NCBI GenBank assembly: GCA_029974275.1
Contig: JARKSN010000175.1
Coordinates: 1-64,000 of the forward strand
Origin: Candidatus Hydrogenedentota bacterium
GTDB lineage: Bacteria; Hydrogenedentota; Hydrogenedentia; Hydrogenedentales; SLHB01
Reading direction: 5' to 3'
DNA length: 64,000 nt
Program-made: the position numbers and the translations under genes
Notes under the pieces: generated by a model
The model's database searches: none
What the model saw: only the letters and a program-made list of their open reading frames with translations
What the model was told of the DNA's origin: nothing
Shown here: piece after piece, positions 9,423-19,000 of the stretch
How the letters are laid out: each line of letters opens with the position of its first letter
Position numbering within the stretch: position 1 is the stretch's first letter

Positions 9423-10289
9423 ATGTCAGAAGTGCGGATAGGCGACGCCATCGTAGGTCCGGGGCGTCCTTGCTATGTCATCGCCGAGATCGGCATCAAC
9501 CACAATGGCGACGTGGACCTCGCCAAGCGGTTGATCGACGTGGCGCACGACGCCAAGTGCAACGCCGTCAAATTCCAAAAGCGCACCATCGATATCGTGT
9601 ATAGCGCCGAGGAATTGGCGCGCCCGCGCGAAAGCCCCTTCGGCGCAACCAACGGCGACCTGAAGCGAGGTCTTGAATTCGGCGTCGACGAATACCGCGA
9701 GATCGACCGCTACTGCAAGGAAAAAGGCATTCCGTGGTTCGCGTCGTGCTGGGACGAGGCGTCGGTGGACTTTATCGACCAGTTCCGCCCGCCGTGTTAC
9801 AAGATTGCCTCGGCCAGCCTGACGGACCATGATCTGCTGCGCTACACGCGGGCAAAGGGCGCGCCGATCATCCTTTCGACGGGCATGAGCACGATGGATG
9901 ACGTGGATCGCGCCGTTGAGGCGATCGGAAAGAAAGACCTTGTCCTCATGCATTCGTGCAGCGCCTATCCCGCGTACTACGAGGAGCTCAACATCAGGGT
10001 CATCCCGAAAATGATCGATCGCTACGCCATTCCCATCGGCTACAGCGGTCACGAGACCGGCTTGCCTTCGACCGTGGCGGCGGTGGCGCTGGGCGCAACG
10101 TGCGTCGAACGGCACATCACGCTCGATCGCTCGATGTGGGGCTCGGATCACGCCGCCTCGCTCGAACCGAACGGCATCACGCGCCTGGTGCGCGATATCC
10201 GCCTCATCGAGACGGCAATGGGCGACGGCGTCAAGCGCGTCATCGAGCGCGAAGTGCCGGTGATGCAAAAGCTACGGCGTAAGGGGTAG
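9423..10289 (+). CDS. N-acetylneuraminate synthase-family (NeuB/SpsE) PEP-condensing synthase, no C-terminal SAF domain
   Basis: IAEIGINHNG, AVKFQKR, YKIASA, ILSTGMS, GYSGHE, VERHITLDRSMWGSDHAASLEP. Confidence 0.95.
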   Translation: MSEVRIGDAIVGPGRPCYVIAEIGINHNGDVDLAKRLIDVAHDAKCNAVKFQKRTIDIVYSAEELARPRESPFGATNGDLKRGLEFGVDEYREIDRYCKEKGIPWFASCWDEASVDFIDQFRPPCYKIASASLTDHDLLRYTRAKGAPIILSTGMSTMDDVDRAVEAIGKKDLVLMHSCSAYPAYYEELNIRVIPKMIDRYAIPIGYSGHETGLPSTVAAVALGATCVERHITLDRSMWGSDHAASLEPNGITRLVRDIRLIETAMGDGVKRVIEREVPVMQKLRRKG

Positions 10290-10292
10290 CGC

Positions 10293-10778
10293 GTGGCCAG
10301 GATCAAAGCGGTGGCGATGGACGTAGACGGCGTGCGTACCGATGGCGCGTTTTGGTGGGGTCCCAACGGCGAAGAGTTCAAGCGCTTCGCCTTTTTGGAC
10401 ATCATGGGCGTGTCGCTTGGGCGCAAGGCGGGTTTGGCGTTCGCGCTGATCTCCGGCGAGAACAGCCCGCTCGTCGATCGTTACGCAGCCAAGATGGGCA
10501 TCGAGGATGTGCACAAGGGCTGTCGGCAAAAAGACGTTGCCTTGCGGGCATTCGCCCAAAAACACGGACTCGACCTCGCCGAGATTTGCTTCATCGGCGA
10601 CGACGTCAACGACGCGCCCGCGCTCGAACTTGCGGGCTTTTCCGCCGTTCCGGCAACGGCGCACAAGACCGTGCAGCGCCTCGCCGACTACGTCGCGGTC
10701 AACGCGGGCGGCCATGGCGCGGTCCGCGAAATCATCGACCTCGTTCTCGAACAGAACAAGCAAAACAACGCGGATTAA
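10293..10778 (+). CDS. KdsC/YrbI-family HAD sugar-phosphate phosphatase
   Basis: DVDGVRTDG, FIGDDVND, GGHGAVRE. Confidence 0.9.
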   Translation: MARIKAVAMDVDGVRTDGAFWWGPNGEEFKRFAFLDIMGVSLGRKAGLAFALISGENSPLVDRYAAKMGIEDVHKGCRQKDVALRAFAQKHGLDLAEICFIGDDVNDAPALELAGFSAVPATAHKTVQRLADYVAVNAGGHGAVREIIDLVLEQNKQNNAD

Positions 10779-10797
10779 GTAGGACTCGATTCAAGAC

Positions 10798-12597
10798 ATG
10801 GTCAAACTCTCCGACTACATTTTCCAGTACCTTGCCAACTACGGCGTGAAGCATGTTTTCATGTTGCCGGGCGGCGGCGCGATGCACCTCAACGATTCGT
10901 TGGGACGGTCCGGCATCGGCTACACCGTCAACCTGCACGAGCAGGCGTGCGGCATCGCGGCGGAAGCCTATGCGCGCGTGGCGCATGACCTCGGCGTGGC
11001 GCTGGTGACCACGGGGCCGGGCGGCACGAACGCGGTGACCGGGGCGTTGGCCGCATACCAAGACTCGACGCCGTGTCTCTTCATGTCGGGGCAGGTCAAG
11101 CGTCCGGATATCGCCAAGGGCACGGGGCTGCGTCAGCTTGGCGTGCAGGAAGTGGACATCGTGTCGATTGTGAGTTCGATCACGAAGTATGCCGTGACGA
11201 TCATGGAGCCGATGTCGATCCGCTATCACCTCGAAAAGGCGTTGCGCCTCGCGAAAGCGGGTCGGCCCGGGCCGGTGTGGATCGACGTGCCGCTCGATGT
11301 GCAGGCGGCGATGATCGACGAAACGAAACTCGAAGGCTTCACGCCGCCCGAGGCCGAAGAGACCATCTCCGAGATCGATCTCGCCGTCAAACTGGACGCC
11401 ATCATCGCGGCGCTGAACGACGCGGATCGCCCGGTGATCTTGGCCGGCAACGGCGTGCGCATCGGCGGCGCGCAGGACGCGTTCCTGAAACTCGTCGAGA
11501 TGTTGCGCGTGCCCGTGCTGACGACGCGGCTCGGTGTCGATCTCATTCCCGCCGCGCACGAGTTGAGCGTCGGCATGCCGGGATCCATTGCCTCGCGCGG
11601 GGCGAATTTTGCATTGCAGAACGCGGACTGGCTGCTCATGCTGGGCGCGCGCATGGACTTCGCGCTCATTGCGTATGCGCCGGACAAACTCGCGCGCGCG
11701 GCGAAGAAGATCATGGTCAACATCGACGGGCCTGAAATCGGGAAAATGGGCGCCGCCATCGACATCCCCGTCTGCGCGGACGCGCGCGTGTTTATCAATC
11801 GCTTTCAATCGCGCACCGACGATGTCGCGAAGAAAGACCGCGCGCCGTGGTTTGCGCGCATCCGCGACTGGAAACAGAAGTATCCCTTTGTACTGCCCGA
11901 ACATCGCGCCGCGAAAGACGGGCTCAGCATGTACGCGTTCTCCGAGGCGTTGTCGAATGCGCTTACCGGCGACGATATCGTGTTGCCAGGCAGCGCCGGT
12001 TTCGTGGCCGAGATATTCCTGACGGCCTTCCAGGCGAAAGCAGGCCAGCGCATTTTCCATAACAAAGGCACCGGCGCGATGGGGCTGAGTCAACCCGCGG
12101 CGATCGGCGCGTGCATCGCGGGCAACGGACGCCGCACGGTATGCGTCGACGGCGACGGCGGGTTTCAGATGAACCTGCAAGAACTCGAGACCGTCAAACG
12201 CCTCGGCTTGACCATCAAGTTTTTTGTCGTGAACAACCAAGGCTACGCGTCGATCCGGTCGTCGCAGGGCAACTATTTTCATCGCCTCACCGGCGCGGAC
12301 GCGACGAGCGGCCTGACGTTGCCGGACGTCACGAAGATCGCCGCCGCATACGGCATCGCCGCGGTGCGTATCGACGGCGCGAGCGACCTGTGCGCCGAGA
12401 TTGATAGGGCGTTGGCGATGCCCGGTCCGGTCGTGTGCGACGTCGTCGTGATCCCCGACGAAGCCCGCGCGCCGCGCGTCGCCGCGATGCAACGGCCCGA
12501 CGGCTCGATGGCGTCGAAACCGCTCGAGGATATGTGGCCGTTCCTCGACCGGGATGAATTCCGCGCCAACATGATCGTTCCGCCCTTGGAAGACTAA
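10798..12597 (+). CDS. Thiamine-diphosphate-dependent enzyme (acetolactate synthase-like, polysaccharide-locus type)
   Basis: HEQACGIAAEAY, TTGPGGTNA, GRPGPVWIDVPLDVQ, DGDGGFQMNLQEL...NNQGY. Confidence 0.92.
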   Translation: MVKLSDYIFQYLANYGVKHVFMLPGGGAMHLNDSLGRSGIGYTVNLHEQACGIAAEAYARVAHDLGVALVTTGPGGTNAVTGALAAYQDSTPCLFMSGQVKRPDIAKGTGLRQLGVQEVDIVSIVSSITKYAVTIMEPMSIRYHLEKALRLAKAGRPGPVWIDVPLDVQAAMIDETKLEGFTPPEAEETISEIDLAVKLDAIIAALNDADRPVILAGNGVRIGGAQDAFLKLVEMLRVPVLTTRLGVDLIPAAHELSVGMPGSIASRGANFALQNADWLLMLGARMDFALIAYAPDKLARAAKKIMVNIDGPEIGKMGAAIDIPVCADARVFINRFQSRTDDVAKKDRAPWFARIRDWKQKYPFVLPEHRAAKDGLSMYAFSEALSNALTGDDIVLPGSAGFVAEIFLTAFQAKAGQRIFHNKGTGAMGLSQPAAIGACIAGNGRRTVCVDGDGGFQMNLQELETVKRLGLTIKFFVVNNQGYASIRSSQGNYFHRLTGADATSGLTLPDVTKIAAAYGIAAVRIDGASDLCAEIDRALAMPGPVVCDVVVIPDEARAPRVAAMQRPDGSMASKPLEDMWPFLDRDEFRANMIVPPLED

Positions 12598-12623
12598 GCC
12601 TGCGCGAAAGGAAAAACGGACCC

Positions 12624-13811
12624 ATGAGTCAGTCTTCGCCCGAAGCCGAGTTCGAGGCGCTGTTGCGCGAGGACGTCGCGCGCGTGAAGCAGCGCGAGGC
12701 CGCCGCGTTTGACGAACTCACCGGCGCGCTCAACGAGACGCTCGTGCTTTATGGCGCGGGCAATCTCGGACGCAAGACCTTGGCGGGGTTGCGCAAGAAC
12801 GGCATCGAGCCGGTGGCGTTTGCGGACGGCAACGAGGCGAATTGGGGCAAAGACATCGACGGCCTCCATGTCATATCTCCGCAACATGCGGCATACCGCT
12901 ACGGCGCCGGCGCTGCGTTTGTCGTGACGATTTGGAGTCCTGGCGCAACCAGCCGCTTTTCCTACGTGCGGCAACAGTTGCAGGACCTTGGCTGCAAGAC
13001 CGTCGTGTCATTCGTGCCGCTCTTTTGGAAATATGCGCAGGACCTTTTGCCGCACTATCGCCTCGACCTGCCGCACAAAATATGTGAGCGCGCCAGCGAT
13101 ATCCGCGCGGCGTTTGCGCTGTACACGGATGAGGCGTCGAAGCGCGAGTTTGTGGGTCAACTCAAGTGGCTGATGTCGATGATGGATTTCGATGGCCTGC
13201 CCGCGCCCGCCACGGAGCAGACGTATTTGCCCCTCGACGCCCTCGCGCTGACGGCGCGCGAGCATTTTGTCGATTGCGGCGCGTTCGACGGCGACACGAT
13301 CAAAGCCTTCTTCGACGCGGGCATTGGCATCGACGGGCATGTCACCGCGTTTGAACCCGATCCCGGCAACCATGAAAAATTACTCGATTACGTTGCGGGA
13401 CTGCCGTGCGATCTGCGCGAACGCATCAGCGTATCCCCGTACGCCGTGGGCGCGAAACGCGAGAAGCTCTATTTCGACGCGATTGGCACAGTCGGATCGG
13501 CGATTAGCGGCACGGGCACGCTCGAGGTGCAATGCGTTCCCCTGGATGAAGTCCTCGACGGCGCGGCACCGACGTATATCAAGATGGACATCGAGGGTGC
13601 GGAGCTGGACGCGATCGAAGGCGGCAAGGCATCGATTGCGCGTCACGTCCCGGCGCTGGCCATTTGCGTATACCACCGGCAAGACCATTTGTGGCGCATT
13701 CCGTTGTGCATTCAGTCGCTCTCGCCGGAGTATCGCTTTTTTTTGCGGCGGTACGGCGACGAATTCGGCGACGTGGTTTGCTATGCCGCGCCCGAACAAC
13801 GCATGAAATGA
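12624..13811 (+). CDS. FkbM-family methyltransferase with an N-terminal Rossmann-like domain
   Basis: LYGAGNLG; FVDCGAFDGDT; FEPDP; YIKMDIEGAE; LAICVYH. Confidence 0.92.
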   Translation: MSQSSPEAEFEALLREDVARVKQREAAAFDELTGALNETLVLYGAGNLGRKTLAGLRKNGIEPVAFADGNEANWGKDIDGLHVISPQHAAYRYGAGAAFVVTIWSPGATSRFSYVRQQLQDLGCKTVVSFVPLFWKYAQDLLPHYRLDLPHKICERASDIRAAFALYTDEASKREFVGQLKWLMSMMDFDGLPAPATEQTYLPLDALALTAREHFVDCGAFDGDTIKAFFDAGIGIDGHVTAFEPDPGNHEKLLDYVAGLPCDLRERISVSPYAVGAKREKLYFDAIGTVGSAISGTGTLEVQCVPLDEVLDGAAPTYIKMDIEGAELDAIEGGKASIARHVPALAICVYHRQDHLWRIPLCIQSLSPEYRFFLRRYGDEFGDVVCYAAPEQRMK

Positions 13812-13853
13812 CGCGTCCGGCGCGTGCCGGACAACCGACGGAGAGACGTTTTG

Positions 13854-15017
13854 ATGATGGAAAATTCGTTTCGATCCAAGCTGGAGGCCGTGTTGAATCA
13901 GGATGCCGCTTCCGTAACGGCGCGCCATCGCGCCGCATACGACGCCGCAATGGCGCTGTACGGAGCGGCGTTTGTCTTGTTCGGCGCGGGGCGGCTTGGA
14001 CGAAACGTGTTGGCGCGGTTGCGCGGCGCGGGCGTCGAGCCGCTGGCGTTTTCCGACAACAACGCGAAGCTGTGGGGCGCGGATGTCGAAGGGCTGAAGG
14101 TCTACGCGCCGGACGATGCCGTGCGCGAGTTCGGCAAGAAGGCCGCGTTTGTTGTGACGGTCTACACGTGTACGCCCGTGAAGGCGCAGCTTGCTGCGCT
14201 GGGCGTGACCGTGATTTCGTTCCCGTCGTTGGCGTGGGCCTATCCCGATATGTTCTTGCCGCATGGCAGCCTCGATCTGCCGGACAAGATTTTTGCGCAC
14301 GCGGACCACATTCGCGCTGCGGCGGAACTGTGGGCGGACGATGCCTCGCGCGCCGAGTACCTGGGGCAACTGGCGTGGCGCACGTCGCTCGACGACAGCG
14401 CCTTGCCGCCGCATTTGCCCGCGGCGGAAACCTATTTCCCGTTGGACGTCCTGTGCCTGCGCGACGACGAGGTCTTTGTGGATTGCGGCGCGTTCGACGG
14501 CGATTCGGTGGCGGATTTTCTGCGACGGCGTTCGCCGAACTTCGCAAAGGTTGTCGCGATCGAAGCCGACCCCGGCAACTGTGCGCGCTTGCGGCAGTCG
14601 TTCGCGGCGCAACCGGCGAATATCCGCGATCGACTGACCGCCGTGCAACTGGCCGTGGGCGCAAAACGCGAGACTGTAAAATTTGACGCAACCGGCACGG
14701 CGGCATCGTCCGTCGGCGCGGGGCAAATCGAGCTGGAATGCGCGCCGCTCGACGAGATTCTGGCCGACACGCCGCCGACCTTCATCAAGATGGACATCGA
14801 AGGCGCGGAACCTTATGCGCTCGAAGGCGCGACGGGCGTGATCGCCAAGCACAAACCGGCGCTGGCGGTGTGTGTATATCACGCGCAAGATCACATCTGG
14901 CGAATCCCGCTGTTCCTGCATTCGATTTGTCCCGACTATCGTTTCTTTTTGCGCCGCTATTCGGACGAATGTTGGGAACAGGTATGCTACGCCGTGCCGC
15001 CCGAACGGCTGGCCTAA
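13854..15017 (+). CDS. FkbM-family methyltransferase, tandem paralogue
   Basis: LFGAGRLG; FVDCGAFDGDS; FIKMDIEGAE; LAVCVYH; start chosen after GGAGAG. Confidence 0.92.
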   Translation: MMENSFRSKLEAVLNQDAASVTARHRAAYDAAMALYGAAFVLFGAGRLGRNVLARLRGAGVEPLAFSDNNAKLWGADVEGLKVYAPDDAVREFGKKAAFVVTVYTCTPVKAQLAALGVTVISFPSLAWAYPDMFLPHGSLDLPDKIFAHADHIRAAAELWADDASRAEYLGQLAWRTSLDDSALPPHLPAAETYFPLDVLCLRDDEVFVDCGAFDGDSVADFLRRRSPNFAKVVAIEADPGNCARLRQSFAAQPANIRDRLTAVQLAVGAKRETVKFDATGTAASSVGAGQIELECAPLDEILADTPPTFIKMDIEGAEPYALEGATGVIAKHKPALAVCVYHAQDHIWRIPLFLHSICPDYRFFLRRYSDECWEQVCYAVPPERLA

Positions 15018-15030
15018 GGAGACAGAAGCG

Positions 15031-15987
15031 ATGTCCGTCACGCCCGGCGCCCGAAAACTCATCAGCGTCCTGACGCCGTGCTACAACGAGGAAGAGAACG
15101 TTCGCGAAGTGTACGAGCGCGTGCGGCAGGTGTTCGAGACGCAACTGACGAACTACGACTATGAGCATCTTTTCATCGACAATGCGTCGCGCGATCGCAC
15201 CGTGCCGATTCTTAAGGAACTCGCACACGCGGACAAGCGCCTCAAGATCATCGTGAACGCGCGCAATTTTGGCCAGGTGCGATCGCCCTTCCATGCGTTG
15301 ATGCAGACCCAGGGCGATGCAGTCGTTGGGATCGTGGCGGACCTGCAAGATCCGCCCGAGATGATGGTCGATTTCGTGCGCAAGTGGGAAGAGGGCTACA
15401 AGGTCGTCATCGGCGTCAAGGCCACGAGCGAAGAGACGCCGCTGTTTTTCGCCGTGCGCAAGATGTACTACAACCTCATCCGCAAACTCTCGGATGTCGA
15501 GCAGATCAAGAATGCGACGGGCTTCGGCCTGTACGATCGCGCGTTTGTGGACGTGCTGCGCAAGCTGGACGATCCCTATCCCTATTTTCGCGGCCTGATC
15601 TGCGACATCGGGTTCGAGCGCGCGGAAATCAAATACGATCAGCCCGCACGCAAGCGCGGCTTCACCAAGAACAACTTCTACACGCTCTACGATCTCGCGA
15701 TGCTGGGCATCGTGAACTACTCGAAAATTCCGCTGCGCCTGGCCACAATGACCGGCTTTTGCCTGGGGGCGTTCAGCTTGCTGGTGGCCGCGATTTACTT
15801 TGGGTACAAGCTCGTCTTCTGGAAAAATTTCCAAGTGGGCGCCGCGCCGGTCGTCATTGGCTTGTTCTTTTTCAGCGCGGTGCAACTGTTCTTCATCGGC
15901 ATTCTCGGCGAATACATCGGCGCGATCTACACGCAGGTTCTCAAGCGCCCGCTCGTTGTCGAGAAAGAGCGCATCAACTTCGACTGA
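15031..15987 (+). CDS. GtrB/DPM1-like polyprenol-phosphate glycosyltransferase (GT2)
   Basis: ISVLTPCYNEEEN, DNASRD, ARNFG, ADLQDPPE, two C-terminal TM helices, GILGEYIG; RBS AAGGAG. Confidence 0.93.
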   Translation: MSVTPGARKLISVLTPCYNEEENVREVYERVRQVFETQLTNYDYEHLFIDNASRDRTVPILKELAHADKRLKIIVNARNFGQVRSPFHALMQTQGDAVVGIVADLQDPPEMMVDFVRKWEEGYKVVIGVKATSEETPLFFAVRKMYYNLIRKLSDVEQIKNATGFGLYDRAFVDVLRKLDDPYPYFRGLICDIGFERAEIKYDQPARKRGFTKNNFYTLYDLAMLGIVNYSKIPLRLATMTGFCLGAFSLLVAAIYFGYKLVFWKNFQVGAAPVVIGLFFFSAVQLFFIGILGEYIGAIYTQVLKRPLVVEKERINFD

Positions 15988-16032
15988 GCGCCCGCTCGAC
16001 GGCGAAGAACGAATACGCGGGCGCGGCGTGCG

Positions 16033-19000
16033 CTATGCGCGATGCGGCGCTTCGAAGACGACCTCCATCTCCTGTCCGGCTTTCATGATCACGGATTCCG
16101 CGAACGTGATGGCGCAGCGTTCGCGCTGGAAGACCGCGCGGTGCTCGATGTCGCGGCCGTCCAGCGTCACCTTTGTCGTGGGGCGTTCCCCATGCGAAAC
16201 GAGGATGTCGACGCACGCCTGCCGCAACGTCATGGCGCCATATCGCATGACGATCTTGTTGCGCTGAACGGCATTCTCGCGCGTCTGTGACACAAGCCCC
16301 CAGCCCTCTGCGCTCGTAAAGAAGCACCGAAAATCCTCCGCATCGATGCGCGGCGCAAACGCGAGGCGGCCCTCGACGGCGCTATAGTCAAGCCCTGCCG
16401 CTGCGGTTAGCAGCGTGTACGAAGACATTGCGCGCGTGTAATGGTAACTGCATTCTTCCTCCGCGTAGGGATTGCGCCGGTCGCCGACGTAGCGGTCGCG
16501 CACGCCCCGGACGATGTGCAGGGCCTCGTCGATCATGCCTTCCTGAAGCAGCATCGCGGCGACCTCGTACTCGATGCCCGTCCATACTTCGTCGCCGTAG
16601 AGGATCGGGCGATTCAGGCGCTGTCCGTTGGGCCAACTGCAATTCAGCAGTCCCTTCTCGTCATCGTCTGCGAAGCGGCGCGGAGCCTGCACGATGTCCC
16701 GGAAGTGCGTGCGCCAATTGTGCTGATAAATGGAATGGAGCGCCGTGCGGACATGGCCCGGCGGCAGCATGTAGCCGAGGCCCAGCGCATATGCCCACCA
16801 TTGCCCCAGCAGTTGATCGGCGTGACAGCCGTATCCGTAGCAACTTCCCTGATCGTACTGGTCCAGCGGAGCGCCGGGCATGTCGAAATTGTTGATGAAA
16901 TATTCGCCATTCCAGCAAAGGCGGTCGTAGTTGGCGCGCCCAAGCTCGAACCGGTCCATGCATTCCTTGGCGAACGTCGCGTCTCCCATGCGCGACGCCA
17001 TTTCGGAGGCGGCCCGCAGGGAGGCCAAATACAACGTTCCGATGAACGTGTTGCTGCCGTAGAGGTGGGTGTCGTACGTGTTAGGCTGTTCGCCGCGGAT
17101 GACGCCGTCGCTTTGATCGTCGTGCACGCGCATCATGTATTCCATGAGTTGTCGTGTGCGCGGCCAGAGATTTTCGAGCCAGTCGTAATTGCCCTGATGC
17201 CGGAACTCGCGATATGTTTTGAGCACGGCGCCGAGTTCGCCATCGAGCGCGGCGTGTTCCGGCCCGCCGATCGTGAAGCCGAGGCGCGGCAACGACAGCG
17301 GCAGCACGGTGCGGTGCGGAATGTAATGCTCGGCGGGATGCATCTGCACGAGGAGGTCGATCTCGCGAACATTGCGCTCGAGTTCCGGAAACAAGAACGC
17401 GCAGCTCATCGCATAGTTGAAGACGTGGGTGCAGTTCATCGGGCAGCACGCCGCGCCTTCGAACCCGGCCCACGTGCCGTCCTCGAGCCACATGTACACC
17501 GGCGATCCGATCGTGCCGATGTTGGCGGAGACCGCATCGAGCAGGTAATGCGGCAGCGTGGTTTCATAGAGCGTGTCATGGAACAGCGCGGTTTCGCGGG
17601 CGAGTCTCTCCATATTTGCCGCGACATAGCCCAGCGCCTCGTCGGCCGACGCAAACCATTCGCGGTAGCGGTTGCCTAGCCGGTGGTCGGAGAACGGAAC
17701 GCTCGGCCCCCACCCATATTGCGTCGTTCGCATCCGATTCGGGAAATGCCACGCGAGCGCCAGCGTCACGGTGCGCGATTCGCCCGGCGCCAGCGAAACA
17801 GGCGTGCACAGCGCCCCGTTCCACGTGCGCCCGGCCTCGCTGGCGTGCCGGGGAGAGGGAAACGCGTCCAGACGTCCCGTCCGGGCGAATTCGTCCCAGA
17901 GCGCTGCGGCATCGTCCCATTGCGGACATGCCGTGACGCGCTCCGCCTCCTCTCCAATCACGCCGAGCGCCATCGTGCCGTAGAGAGGCGAATTCTTTGG
18001 AATGCCCTCGTCCGGGGCATAGACCGCCTGCGCCGCCTCCGCCAGCAACAGGCCAATCATGATTTTTCGGTCGGCTCCGGTCATCCACATGTTGGGCCGC
18101 CCCAGGCATGCCACGATCCGCCCTTGGCCATGTTCCCCTGCAATCACGAGCGGCCGCCCGTCATCGCTCTTCAACAACACGCGGGCTCCGCGCTTTTTCC
18201 GGAACTCCTGCAACACGACGGCGTCATCCGCCCGCGCGTCGGCGGAATACATGCGCTTCATCCACACCGAATCGCTTGCGACGCGCATGGGCCCTCTGGG
18301 GCGACGCACATCCCGCCACGTCATCGGCAACGCCTCGTACAGTTGATTCAAGGCGTCCAGGGAGCCTGCTGCATCGGCGGGAACCGGGTTGTCGCTGAAG
18401 CATATCTCGCCTACGAGAATGTGGCCCCCTGAATCGGAGGCGGCATCGACGATTTCGATGTGCGCCGTTTTCCCTCGATGCCGGAAGAGATCGAGCGCGA
18501 CGTAATGCAGCGTTTCGGAACCATTGCCCGTTGCCGACGCGACGATTTTGTCGTCGACCACGACATTGACGCAGGCGGCCTCGGGCTTGTTGCCGCCGCC
18601 GATCTGCACATGGATATAGTCGCGCCGGATTTTGAAGGGTTTCGAGGCGGCACGCCCTGTGAGGCCGCCGCCCACGGCGTGCGTATCGACAAGGCAAGCG
18701 CCGGAAGGTCCCGTCGCGGGCGCGTCGCCAAAACAGGAACCCTCGATGGTCCAGTTCTTATACGTCCCCGAAGACCAGTTTTCGAACACGTGCGGTTTTG
18801 CGAAATGTCCTTGGCGCCTGCTGGACTGGGCGAGCCGGAGCAAGTGGGCGTCAGGATCCGTAATAACCAGCCCCGCGCCAGCCTTGACGGTCTCCAAGAT
18901 GTCCGCCCAGTCTTCTTGCTTGGCTAGAGGGGGATTGATCCAGTATACGGTTTCTGTAGGCTTCTTCGCCTTGGGAAATGTGGCGCCCAGGCGCTTTGTC

